Assembly: GCA_051294905.1 (NCBI GenBank) | Contig: CM119372.1 | Span: forward strand, 26,846,001 to 26,910,000 | Source: Botryllus schlosseri | Lineage: Eukaryota | DNA length: 64,000 bases | Direction of reading: 5' to 3' | Made by a program: the position numbers and the translations under genes | Notes under the pieces: generated by a model | Told to the model about the DNA's origin: nothing | The model's database searches: none | What the model saw: only the letters and a program-made list of their open reading frames with translations | Shown here: positions 13,872 to 25,445 of the stretch, one piece after another | How positions within the stretch are numbered: position 1 is the first letter of the stretch | Layout of the letters: each line of letters opens with the position of its first letter

Positions 13872-14015
13872 TATCGGCAGCATTGGCTCAAGGTGAAAAT
13901 GTGAATCAAACTGTCGAAGAAATCTCCATTGATGCCCCTGCTGGTGATCACGTCCTTGGGAGCAAGCTAGTATATAACATTACAATTGCCGGTGGCGTAG
14001 CAAGTCATTTTGATA
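13872..14015 (+). pseudogene. Paralogous phase-1 exon truncated by a MITE insertion
   Basis: Acceptor gtgtcttag|. Frame (V)SAALAQGENVNQTVEEISIDAPAGDHVLGSKLVYNITIAGG aligns with the 13363 exon and runs directly into caggggtcgccaac at 14016. Confidence 0.55.
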
Positions 14016-14330
14016 CAGGGGTCGCCAACTTCATACGGGTCGTGGGCCACCTTTCAAATTTCCCAGAGGCTGCGGGCGGCAAGAATGCAATATCGAGACA
14101 GCATAGGCCACACTTTTAGCAACCACGTTTACATCTTTACTTCAGTACATCGCGCGCTATATAACATGGACGAAGGGCATAACTCCAACAAAAGAAGTAT
14201 TTTATTAACGAAGTACAAATTCAACAACATATAACATGATCATAAATTTCATTTTATTTTTAACTATGTGCCACTCAACCCTACCTGACAAACGCATTTT
14301 ATGCGACTAATGAATCGATTCGCGCTAACG
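14016..14330 (+). mobile_element. hAT-type MITE, 5' part (family shared with 29326-29610)
   Basis: caggggtcgccaacttcatacgggtcgtgggccac...atatcgagaca...aaccacgttt... is colinear with 29326 onward. No 3' end found. Confidence 0.7.
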
Positions 14331-14918
14331 ATACACGGTACTAGCTGAACGACTATCTCGTTGTCAAGCTTGATCTTTGGCGGAAGCCCTAAGCCGTGTA
14401 CTAAGCGACTCGAACTTTGCCGTGACTGAGCTATTTCACGACTAGGCAATATGCCCATTAACCAGGCAAAAATAGCTTATATTAGGCCTTTTTCAAAGTT
14501 TATTTTTGGCAATTTCGGCATCGGGATGAATTCAAATTCATAGACTCGAATTAACCATGTAAACTGCTTCAATTTGCTCTTACTTATGAAACGGAAGTCA
14601 CAAAACATGCAGTATCCACAATGTGCCAACAAACAGCAAGATTTAAATCCAAATTGAAAACGATGTTGGAGACCAAATTCACCCGATACAAAACCGAGTG
14701 GTTCTGTAATATCTATTCTCAATAGTCGATTGACTATGCCTGCAAAATTACAGGCATTCATCACAGGTCACAATTCAAAAGGGTTTCTGACACGTTGGGA
14801 TCGCAGTCTTCACTACCCAACCAAATGGTTAGAAATCATGAGTGTCTTTGATAAATCAATATAACATGAAAAACTATCCACCTGGAAATGAAAAACTAGG
14901 AAAGAACGAAATATATAT

Positions 14919-15203
14919 ATAGCTTTCAATACAACATCCATTGCAGTAAAATATTTATTCAACGCGAAGACTTTTCGGGTGCCTCTTTTCAAGAGTTAAT
15001 TGCATACTGAAGGGATTTAAACAGACTGAGAAGCAAAAACCAAAATGGCAAAGTATGACGCAACCATCAGAAATTACATACCATGAAGTCCGCAGTGTAA
15101 CAATGGCAACAATAACAAACTTTGAACTCTTGAAAAGAGGCACCCGGAAAGTCTTCGCGTTGAATAAATATTTTACTGCAATGGATGTTGTATTGAAAGC
15201 TAT
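14919..15203. repeat. Near-perfect inverted repeat: 79-bp arms, 127-bp spacer
   Basis: 14919-14997 and 15125-15203 are reverse complements with one mismatch. The left arm starts in an (AT)5 run. Confidence 0.92.
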
Positions 15204-16499
15204 CTTCAAGGTCTGTACCACGAACCAACTATTTATATATATATATATATATTTACCTATTAGGCTACTTTGGGAGACATTTGCACTTATTTTTGTAGCA
15301 GTTGGGGGACGAAAAAAATTGGGAGACAATTTTGTGTCCCCCTAATTCTTGGCGACATTTTTCCCTCGGTTGCTATCGTCTGTTAAGCAAATCCGTTTGG
15401 GACCACGCTTATTAGTCCCTCATTTGTCCCTTCCAAAAGAAATCAAGTCATGAAGTAGCAGGAATTTCGAGTTACAATGGCGACATTTTGACCCCTGTAT
15501 AAACCCCGTATTTTGAAAAGTGGCATTAAGTCGACAATCAATAGGGGGGATTTTCTTCCACTTTTCGCGTGTATAAAATGACACCGCTTTGCATACATGA
15601 TAGTTTTTGTTTAGGATTTACTCAGTTTAGACCATTCCAGTATATATAGGGATTTTAAGACTTTATACACTGTTTTAAAAAATGACGACATAAAAATTGC
15701 TGACTACCATTGTGATGACTCGACATAAGTTCTAGTTGCGATCTTGGTAGACACCGCGGATCGTACGATTTTAATGACGACTCCTATTATTTGGGCCCTG
15801 ATTAGCTCTTGGCAAAGGCGAAAGGGCACTATACCATCGTTAAATTTTGTTGTTTAACACTCGTGATACATATTGTGAAAAAGAATCCCTGCTTTACCTT
15901 AATACAACTCCATCAAATATATGTATTGGTTATAGCATGATAAATATTCTGTAGTATTCCCCGCACCCAATATATCGAGCTGATAGGTCGTTGATTTGCT
16001 TGTGTCAAGACAGCTTTAAGATGCTCTGTCAGTTGCGAGCGTAAGGCATATACCTTTTGTCAGTTATTCTCAACCTTTCATGTCTTTGCGGACCCCTTTT
16101 GGACCGTCGCGAGCCTCAGCGAACCCCCGACTTTTATTTCTAATTTAGCTCAAATTATTGTTTCCGCTCAAGCCAGACAATGTGCAATGCGGTACTAAAG
16201 ATGCATTGCGACATATTGAACAGAGAAGAGAATGGTAAAACTACCAAGCACGGTTATTATTAATCTATAGCATCCATCTCGGCCTAATCGTGAAGGTGAT
16301 TGGCTCCCATTTTTTCTCTTCAGCTGTGTTTCAGTTGCTTGTCCTGGCAATTCAGTGTTCGCTTTCCTGGCATTCGCAAATCCATGTCTTTGTCGGAGGA
16401 GTAGCCCAGATAAACCAAGGAGGGTTGTTGCTCTAACCGTGCAAATAAGAAAGGATTCACCTTACTAATGCTCAAGAGAGAGAAAGAGAGAAAGCAAAC

Positions 16500-16632
16500 A
16501 AACTTATTTTTATCTTAACCATCGGATACCGTGGATACCAGTTTTCGAATCTTAGGTCTGACCCGCCCGGGGATTGAACCAACGATTTACAGATCAAAAA
16601 GCCGCACGCATCACTGCTACGCTATCTCCCCC
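16500..16632 (-). mobile_element. tRNA-derived SINE fragment, family 2
   Basis: Reverse complement reads gatagcgtagcagtg...ggttcaatcccc...ggtcagacctaaga...aactggtatcca. It has a B-box-like GGTTCAATCC and is homologous to 43030-43190. Confidence 0.65.
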
Positions 16633-16669
16633 ATTCCTGCCACACCCAGATATTCCTACCCCGCTTGGG

Positions 16670-17070
16670 GGAGGGCGAGCTCGAATGGTGCCAAAATTAT
16701 TTCGTGAATGAACACTAATTATTCGCTATTTATTTGAAAATTTTCGTAACTTTTTAATTTTTCTCGCGCTGTACGCGATTTCATGTAGATAAATGTTTGT
16801 TTATTAGGCACCCTTCCTCCACAAAAAATGCGCATCATCTGTAGACGTAGGCATCTAAGCGAGCGTTGGCCATTACCACGCCACGATGTAAAAAGACATA
16901 TAAAGTGTGGGTCAACATGGGTCTCAGAGAAGTGAGCCAAAAAGATCGTCAGCAAGAAAACATTAGCCGAAAAGGATTTCCCTTATGTTGACCGTAAACT
17001 TCGATATAAAAATGTCTTGATCCGGGTACCTAAATTGCTGGCGCCGAATATTCATGTCGTGTCAATCTGG
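16670..17070 (+). repeat. Dispersed repeat, copy also at ~58040-58440 (end fragment near 61550)
   Basis: gagctcgaa...ccaaaattatttcgtgaat...ggccattacc.cgccacga...gccgaaaagga...cctaaat..ctggcg.cgaat is colinear between the two loci. Confidence 0.75.
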
Positions 17071-19411
17071 ACCAGATGAATATAAAATGTGACCTAATAT
17101 GGCCGCGGGTGTAATCATCCCTCTCCACACCCACAATAATTTCGTTGCTAGAGAGAGGAGAACAGCAACGACTAGCATAATAACAATATATCTCGTCGTA
17201 ATTTTCAAATTATGTGCAAGGTCCAACGGACCATGTGACCTCAATCAGCTTTCCATACCTTCGTAAGTTTGTAGCAATTCCCTAAATGATTGTAATCACC
17301 CTATCATCTTACCAGAAACGCATATCTGGGTTGAAAACGCGTGATATCAATCAACCGTAATTTTAACATTAAATTCAACTGACGTAGCTCATGTCATCCG
17401 CTCATACCATGCAGCAGTGTTGCTTGAAAAATCAAACTCGTTTATTCGTCATCACGTACAAGGATAAAATGACTCTGCAAAGCTAACATAAACAAATAAT
17501 GATGATCAGGCTGAAATGTGGCGATATAGGTTCGGAAAGCAGCCAACTGCAAAGTTGACTTGTTTTGTCATTTCATAACGTCACAATGCTGCGGCAAGAG
17601 AGTGTCCATTCAAACACCTATCACTGGCTATCAGACATATTGTGGTATCAGTTGTAAATACCCAGAGTGTCGGTTTCGCACAATGCGCTGGTTACAACGC
17701 TCGGTATAATCTAGGCTTACAACCGATAATCTTACATTATATGCGTTGCACTAACTAAAACATGGGTACAGATATTCTATTTTCCTTATATTAACACACG
17801 GTAAGAAGCAGTCAGATTCGGCTATCAATTACGGCCCCGTCCATTCAAGCCAAGGCAACAATACATATATTGACATTGACAGTCTGATGGTTAAGTGATC
17901 AGACCGTCACGTCATCATCGTTGATCATTATGGCAGACTAGGGAGACCGCAGGCACTTTGATCAGAATTGCTTGACGGCAAATTCATTAAAGTGTCTTCC
18001 CAGCTATCTTGACGTCTCGATTGTTTGCAGTGGCTGAAAAACAAGGCAGCGATCTAATGCCAAATTGTTAGCTCCATGCACAGTACATACGTTTGAAGAT
18101 TATACACAACTCCAGTAAATTTCAAAACAAAAATGCAACATGATAGGTTGCTTCATCAAGATGGAGCTTTATCATAGGCCACACACTTGATTTTGAATCA
18201 ATGAAACGAAAAGGCAGATGTTATCGTAACTATGTGCTCACTCACACAGCGTATATATACGATTTATCAATATTTAGAAAGTATCTAGCTAGTTGAATTA
18301 TTTGAAATTAATCGGGAAACAATATAAAGTTAACGTTACGCGATAAAAGTAGGCCTATTCCCAGATATATTGAGCGTGAAGTCAACATTTTACTAATTGA
18401 GTTCTGTGAACACCTTTTCAAGGACGATTCTAAATCCGTTGCTACTCACATAGACGTTTAATAATCTGTCAGAAAGCACGTTACGCAGTGAAAATCTACC
18501 ACGGCACGAATTGAATTAGTGAGGGAAACATCACAGGACGCAGCCTCCGTTTGGCGACTGTTCTGTCCAGTACTTACCCTTCCGCGTGACGTAGTTAACG
18601 AAATATAATACTTACAACAGAAGGGAAATGCATTCTATACTGAATACTCACTTTTTGTCATGGAAAAGGAGTCAGCGTGGCGATCCAAATTTGTACGCTA
18701 TTGTACGCAGAATTCAGCAGCTATGTAGAATACTCTTCAATACACAGAACGAATCGTTCGATGAAAACACTGATTGGGAAGTAACTCCATCACGCATGTT
18801 TGCGTCTTTAACTTTTCATATAAGATTCGTGTTAAGGATTCATGCTGATATACTTGTCATGAAACTTTAGGGCCATGAGGTGCTAATACATCTTCTGCAT
18901 CATTCTACATCATCTGCTAGTCCATCGTCCAAAGTAACGTCCATTTACAATAACCTGCTAATACGCTGAAACTAATCTTTCAATCACTCGGTGACAGCGG
19001 ACATGAGACCTTACCAGTTGATGGCACGCAATTGGTCGCGCGTACGTATACAATACAAAAGTCATCGACCTAATTCAACATTGTGAATTGTGCCTATCTC
19101 TGTAAGAAAGGCGGCATGTTAAATTTTTTGTGATAAAAGTAGGCTATTCCTAAGCTACTGATCGATCTGTATATTCTGCGAATTCGGTAGCCTTTGGGAG
19201 ACAAAAACCGACTTTTCAGACGCCAATACCGGGCCAACCCCGTGCCCAAGCCGTTGAATCGGATATCATCGCGTTCAGTTCGACGAGAGGAAAACGGGGA
19301 TAACTCTGTCGAACCCCTAAGACCAGCGGTTGTCGATCGGTATTTCGATCTATGTTCTGATACCGACCGATCGAAAAACCAACTGCGTAACCCGTATTGG
19401 CGTACCATCAC

Positions 19412-20065
19412 GGGTTTTTGGAAGAAAACTTTTTTCTACGCGTCTCAGCCCCATTTCCCGGGTATCGTTGGAATTGTAATCGAATTACGCGTCTGCCGGT
19501 ACCCAATTTATCCGGCTACGATATTCGGTTGGCGAGAAATCGGTGATTAAAAAAACTGTGAAAAAAGCGCTATACACTGTTTTTTGAAGGCCGATCCCGA
19601 GTCGGCTGAAAGTTCGATACGATCGTATCGGGTATCGGTCTACGCGGGGCCCGAAGACGAACGCAGCGGTACCTCGTATGGCCCAGTGGTGTGAACGACC
19701 GAGACGGAACCTCGAAAAGCCCGCCTATGAAAAACGTGAACTTCTCGGATGATCCACCGATCCAGGATAATCCGAGGATTATAATCGAAAAACTCACATA
19801 ACTCCGCTTCTACTGGTCGGAATTGAGTCAAATTTGGTTTGCATCGTCTTTGAAGACAGCTAAACAATTTCATGGGGTTGGCAGAAAAATTTGAATTCTT
19901 TTTCAAAATTTCACCTAATAAATTAAAATTTTTAATTTGATCTGCGGAGTCCTTTACTTGTTAGAATTGAACCAACTTTGGTGTGCAGTGTTCTTAGGGT
20001 AACCTGACAATTTAATAAGTCAATGGCTGGAATCCGAAATTTTACTTTATTTTTGAACAGCCCTA
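19412..20065. mobile_element. Fold-back hAT-type MITE, same family as 47806-48390; right arm clean, left arm garbled
   Basis: 19740-20065 matches the centre plus one arm of the 47806 element and ends tttttgaacagcccta. 19412-19740 shows only patchy similarity to the expected arm. Confidence 0.7.
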
Positions 20066-20083
20066 GTGTACGTACGTACAGTC

Positions 20084-20650
20084 CATTTATGATCAGTGCG
20101 GGACTTGAAGCACAGGCCTGCAGGCATAGGCGGAGCCTGGAGCCTATTCAATCATATTACGTCGCATGCCATGCAATACCTCGTTTACAATGATGATGAC
20201 CCCCATTAAACGCCAATGTAATCAAGGAGGTTCGCAATTCGAAATGAAGATAGGTTGGGATTAGTTTATACAGGGTTTGGCGCTTTGGCCATGTTGATAA
20301 TTGTAATTATAATTGATCGGGCAGGGTTATTACCAAAGGAAGTCATATGGGCGAATCGAAACCGTTAGTTGATTTGGCGGAGACAAATACTTTGTAAGTG
20401 GCCGGGATGGTAATATCTAGAGATATCATAATGAAATGCTATTGTCTCACGTACATTTCTACTTGTAAATGTACAGTACGAGTGCACAAGCACATACGTA
20501 CATTTATGATTAGTGCGGGATTTGAAGCACAGGCCTGCAGACATAGGTGGAGCCTGGAGCCTAATAAATCACATAATGTCGCATGCAATACCTCGTTTAC
20601 AATGATGATTATCTCATCATGCGCCAAGGTAATTAAGGAGGTTCGAAACC
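20084..20650. repeat. Direct repeat pair (~150 bp, offset 417 bp)
   Basis: catttatgat.agtgcggga.ttgaagcacaggcctgcag.catagg.ggagcctggagccta...aaggaggttcg at 20084 and 20501. Confidence 0.85.
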
Positions 20651-20868
20651 GCAACTGGCTGGTATCGCAACTGTGGATCATATCACTACGTTTTCTCGCG
20701 ACGCTCTCACTAATTGAGTGGCCTTGAATTCGAGATCTAGACGTGTCTCCGAGTACAGGCGAATGTTGGGTTAGCTTTGCTGGATTTCAGGCGGTGCGTT
20801 CTCTTCGGTATCAAGCAGAATATTCATACACGCATCTGTTTAGAATTAGGTTTGACTAGTCTGACTAT

Positions 20869-20959
20869 ATGATGGATATACTAACCGACTCTGACTGCGA
20901 CAACGAAGCATTTGATCCTAAGCCAATAAAGCTCGGAAGATATGTCTCTTATGACAAAG
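20869..20959 (+). CDS. Candidate first coding exon of the gene inside the (TA)n element
   Basis: ATG start, MMDILTDSDCDNEAFDPKPIKLGRYVSYDK, phase-1 donor aaag|gtacgt, compatible with the phase-1 exon at 23692. Confidence 0.4.
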
Positions 20960-21972
20960 GTACGTACCATGTAATTCCGTATGATTACATGTATTTCAAT
21001 ATATCAGTGGTTCCTAATTATATATTAAACAAGTGTAAATAGTCTAGAGAGTATTAAAGGACAACAGAAAGGTGGTATAACAATCTTTCGATTAAATTAT
21101 GATCGCAAATTTACATTTGACAAATACATCAAGGTACGGCTCGTTCGTTGGGCTTTCTGAGACATAGGGACTATACGCCATGTGTTCGGTCATCGTAATT
21201 TATGTAAAATGTGTGTCATGTGCGTATACAATTATGCATAGTGTTGGTATGTTTCTTCCCTGTACCATCATGAATGATTCAGTTTACTGATATGATCATA
21301 CAGCTTCTTATACGAGTAGCATAATATTAGTTGTTTCGCTTGAAGCAGGCCTACAGTAGGCCTATATCTATGTTGAAGTCGAAACTGGAAGTATTATCTC
21401 TACTCTTTACTCAACTATCAAATGTCTATACCACATTTCAGTTAATTTACTATTCGAACAGAGCAATGATACAAAGTTTTAAATTATTGATTCGAGCCCG
21501 AAATAATTCCAATGCTGACGCCAAGTTTTGAAAACGAACCATTCATCATTATGTCTATTATCAATTGAGTCAATTTGATGAGGAGTAATGTTTCGCAATG
21601 TTTCGATGATCGATGATAGCCTATGGTATATTTCATCAAATAGCGTTGTTATCCACGTACAATGTACATTGTGCAATATGTTTACGGTTTGTTGACAAGG
21701 ATATTACGTGATGTGTTCGCTCCCTTATTACTACCGTGTACCATGAGCCAGGGGTGTCAAACTCGAATTGCTTCGCCGGTCGGATTCAGACCTTCAAATC
21801 GCTCGCGGGGCGGACCAGTTACATCAATCAAAAATGTTACCTCAAAATCAACGCCTCAGTTGAGCACTTGAATACTCAATTATACAGCCCATGTATGATG
21901 CGGTTATACTCTATAAAACCCGTTATTCGCAAACAATATAATTTTTTCAAGTCCGTAATAGAACCTAGTGCA

Positions 21973-23187
21973 ACCTTTGACGACTTTGTTATTGTCGATC
22001 CGTCTGCAACAGTAATTAAAGGCAAAGTCGCTATTGCTCTTCGTTGATTTTAACTATGTTTCATATCGATTTGGGGAACATCATTTCGTATGGTATATTT
22101 TGATGCTGTCATCTTACCAAGTTTCAAGACTATGACTTTATGACTAGCGCAGTAATTTCGCTGTCAAAGTCGAGCATCTAGTAAATCAGCCCGCGCCAAT
22201 ATATGGTCGACTTTGATAACGTAGGCCTACTTACTACTTTAATTATTGGGTCACAGCCTTAAATCTTCATACAATGTTAGATGCCATCATGAAGATATAC
22301 AATCCGAAGTTTTGCCATATAGGAAACAATCAAAATGTACACATACCAATACTGTTTTTCGTGAAAAATCAGTTATGCGGTAGGCTGAAGGTCAGGTGAT
22401 TGCATCTTACACTGAACCAATTTTTGAGGGTGTGACTCGGTGATCAGGATAGTAATTTCGTTATGATAGTCGAGTATATCAAGTACATCGCTGACCTGCC
22501 ATCTAGGCTACCGCATGATAGATTTTTCACAAAAGCCGAAATTGCTATAATGCTATATGTAGGTTTTGAATGTGTTTTATCCCGCGGGGGATAACAAATA
22601 TCGTATTGTATATTCTGATGGAGACATCTAGCACTGTATCGAGATTTAAGGCTGTGACTCAATTATTACGGTAGCAATTTCGTGATTAAAGTCGCGTATG
22701 TCAGGGTGCGCGCTGATTTGGCATTCAGCCTGCCGCATAGCAGATTTTACTGCAAAAGCCAGTATTGGTATGTGTACAATTTAAATATATTTCATACGGC
22801 TATGGATAATCAAATTCATATTGTATATCTTGATGAAGGAATCTAATACTTAACCAAGTTTCAAGGGTGTGACTCTATAATTACAGTAGTAAGTACGTTA
22901 TCAAATTCGCGTATCCAGGGTCTGCGACTCTGCGTGCGCTGGTCGACATTATATCGGCGCGCGCTAATTTACTAGATACTCGACTTCGACAGCGAAATTA
23001 CTATGCTAGTCATATAGCCATAGTCTTGAAAATTGGTACAGCGCAAGATGACAGCATCAAAATATACCATACGAAATTATGTCACTCAAATCGATATGGA
23101 ACATAGTTAAAATCAACGAAGAGCAATAGCGACTTTGCCTTTAATTACTGTTGCAGACGGATCGACAATAACAAAGTCGTCAAAGGT
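21973..23187. mobile_element. MITE with ~240-bp TIRs, ends cctttg...caaagg (piggyBac-like ends; TTAA TSD not preserved)
   Basis: 21973-22210 and 22945-23187 are reverse complements (acctttgacgactttgttattgtcgatccgtctgcaacag...). Interior contains the ~220-bp unit seen at 6.7-7.7 kb. Confidence 0.8.
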
Positions 23188-23691
23188 ATCTGGGCCTGAC
23201 AGTCACGTGGTTTTCCGAGTGTCCACACCACCTTTGAGTTCACGCTGGTCCAACAATCTCCAGTAATATAATGGCAAATACGGTGAGGTGTGCGCACTAT
23301 AATGTGAATTATCTCGCAGTCATTTCTCGGTCATCATCAGCGAATAAATTTTCGAAGATTGATTACCTTGTAAGGAAGGTATCATGTTATGGGCGATTGC
23401 ACGCTACTCGAGAATTATTTAATTTGACACCTTCGAGTGAACTCAACCAACATCTCAAAATGATACGATACATTTATATGATTGTAAAATTGTCTACAGC
23501 ATCACATACATCTGCATGTAGCGTACCAGTTACTCACTGTTAATGTTAAATACAGTATGGGCACTCCTTTTACCAAAACTATCTATTCAAATGCGACGCA
23601 TCAGTCACTCTTGAATCTAAAATGACAGACAACACGATACATGATACATGCAACACGATAGTCTAACCTACGCAAATTCGTTTCATCACAG

Positions 23692-23904
23692 CTAATCGGA
23701 ACAAGCATCTTTCAGATACTGTTGATAATGAAGATGATGTCAATGCCCGGAAGAGGCTTGGATCTTCGCTACATATCATCAGTCAAAATGTGATGCAGAA
23801 TGATAGAGGTGGCTCATGTGAAACACCTCCTATGAATAAAAGACTAAAATCACTCGATCGTCAATATAACGACGGAGAGGCTGGACCCAGTGGACATGAA
23901 GAGG
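23692..23904 (+). CDS. Symmetric phase-1 exon (71 codons), low-complexity charged peptide
   Basis: Acceptor tttcatcacag|, donor gagg|gtgagt, 213 bp, open frame (A)NRNKHLSDTVDNEDDVNARKRL...EAGPSGHEE. Splices in frame to 24159. Confidence 0.7.
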
Positions 23905-24158
23905 GTGAGTTTACAATATTTTGCCACATTTCATTTTCAACATAAGTGTTCAACCTAATATTCTCATATTCAACAGTACCAAAATATATTGATGACAATT
24001 TATTAATTCGTAGTGGTATTACTATTCCAATACATTTATCGTTCTAGCATATAGGTACAATGTACATTGTACATGGTCGGTAGGATTAGTGAAACGTTAC
24101 ACACAGAACTCCTCTATCCCGCAGGAAATGAATAAATACCTAAGGCATCATTTTTCAG

Positions 24159-24790
24159 ATTATGAAATGGACCCAGATGCGCACGAGGAACTAGACGAAG
24201 ACTTTGAGGAGTCATGTATCAGTGAAGCTTCGGAATATGAGCCACAGTCTTCATCTTCGACTACGGACAGTTTCAGTAGCGATGATGGCAGGGAAGAAGA
24301 GAAAACCCGGAAACCCGCAACATCTCAGCAAAAGTCATCCACTTCAGACTGTTGCGACACCAATATCAACAGCAATAATGAGGCAGCCATGGATATCTCA
24401 TGTGGCTCACAGTCATCAACGTGGGCTCCAGATGGTTCAGATTGTGAGTGGACAGACCTGGAAACCTCAACGCCAAAGAAGAAAGCTGTGACTTCAAGGA
24501 TAAAGAAAAAGCGGGCAAGGCCGAAGAAAAAACCGGCAAGGCCATGCCTTTACTGCAAGAAGTTCCAAACGAAACTTAACCGACATTTAATAAATAAGCA
24601 TCCTGAGGAAGATGAAGTCAAAGAAGCTCTGGCTTTAAGTGGAAAATTACGGCTCCGCAAATTCGATTTATTAAGGAAGCAAGCAATCATGCAACACAAC
24701 AAAAAAATGCTACAACTGCAGATGCCATTGGTCTGTGAAAGAAAAAGCCGTCTTTCCCAATTGAAAATTTGCCAGAATTGCCAGGGTTAA
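24159..24790 (+). CDS. Acidic region + basic NLS-like tract + C2H2-like zinc finger; N-terminal part of a zinc-finger/tyrosine-recombinase-type element protein, truncated
   Basis: Acceptor tttttcag| in frame with ORF 24089-24790. Contains KKKRARPKKK and PCLYCKKFQTKLNRHLINKHPEEDEVKEAL...FDLLRKQA...LVCERK...CQNCQG, then a stop. The architecture is recognised from memory of uncharacterised animal proteins with a downstream integrase-like core. Confidence 0.7.
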
Positions 24791-25445
24791 ACTTGGTTTC
24801 TCGTTTCAAGAGCGTCAAGAGCGCCATAGATGGACTCGTGAAGAAACAGCTGAAATCCTAAACAGATTCAAGGATGTAATTTATGAGGAAGGAGACAGCA
24901 ACAAAGGCAGCTTGCCAGGTAGAGTGGAATGGGTTTGTTCGTTTGTGGTATTCATGGTGTTTGTCGACTACTATGGTCATTCCCCCCATAATTGCCGACT
25001 TTTAGCAGGGCCCACTTCTGGGCTTTTATAAGACGCCGCTTACAGGGATGAGATGGCGAGGGGGAATGTAAATTGATGCTGTGTGTTCGCGTAATATACA
25101 TTTATTAGTTATTGATCATGGCAGTGAAGATATCGATTTCTTTGGATCCTACTTCCGAGCTAGGCCAACCTTCGATGTTATATGATTTCTTCTGACCGTC
25201 GTCGTTGAAATACCATTGAACCTTACAATAGTTATATGCAGCTAGTTGCCCAAATTATAGATTTAATGAAATATGCTCGTGTCTTTTTAGGGTACAAAGA
25301 AATTGGAGAATTTGTGGAAAGCAGTGACATCCTGAAAGGTTTACCGGACATGCAGAGGATAAAAATGGTTAAAACCAAAATCTTCAATGAGAGAAAAAGA
25401 TGCCGCTCTGCACTGCATAAGGGGATGTCACAAATGCACGAATAG
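24789..25445 (+). pseudogene. C-terminal SANT/Myb-like exons of the same gene (24789-24918 and 25291-25445)
   Basis: RHRWTREETAEILNRFKDVI...GSLP, donor ccag|gtagag, acceptor tttttag|, phase-matched to GYKEIGEFVESSDILKG...VKTKIFNERKR. Out of frame with the upstream zinc-finger ORF. Confidence 0.65.
24945..25075 (-). mobile_element. tRNA-derived SINE family 1, 3' fragment in an intron
   Basis: gtggtattcatggtgtttgtcgactactatggtca...gccgacttttagcagggcccacttctgggcttttataag matches the other family-1 copies. Confidence 0.8.

Noticed and set aside
14955-15345. 124-aa and 96-aa ORFs
   Set aside because: They span the inverted repeat, the TA microsatellite and the element terminus; no protein features.
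19094-19906. Cluster of GC-rich ORFs suggesting a foreign gene island
   Set aside because: The sequence aligns in patches to a MITE arm and is probably garbled; the peptides have no recognisable features.
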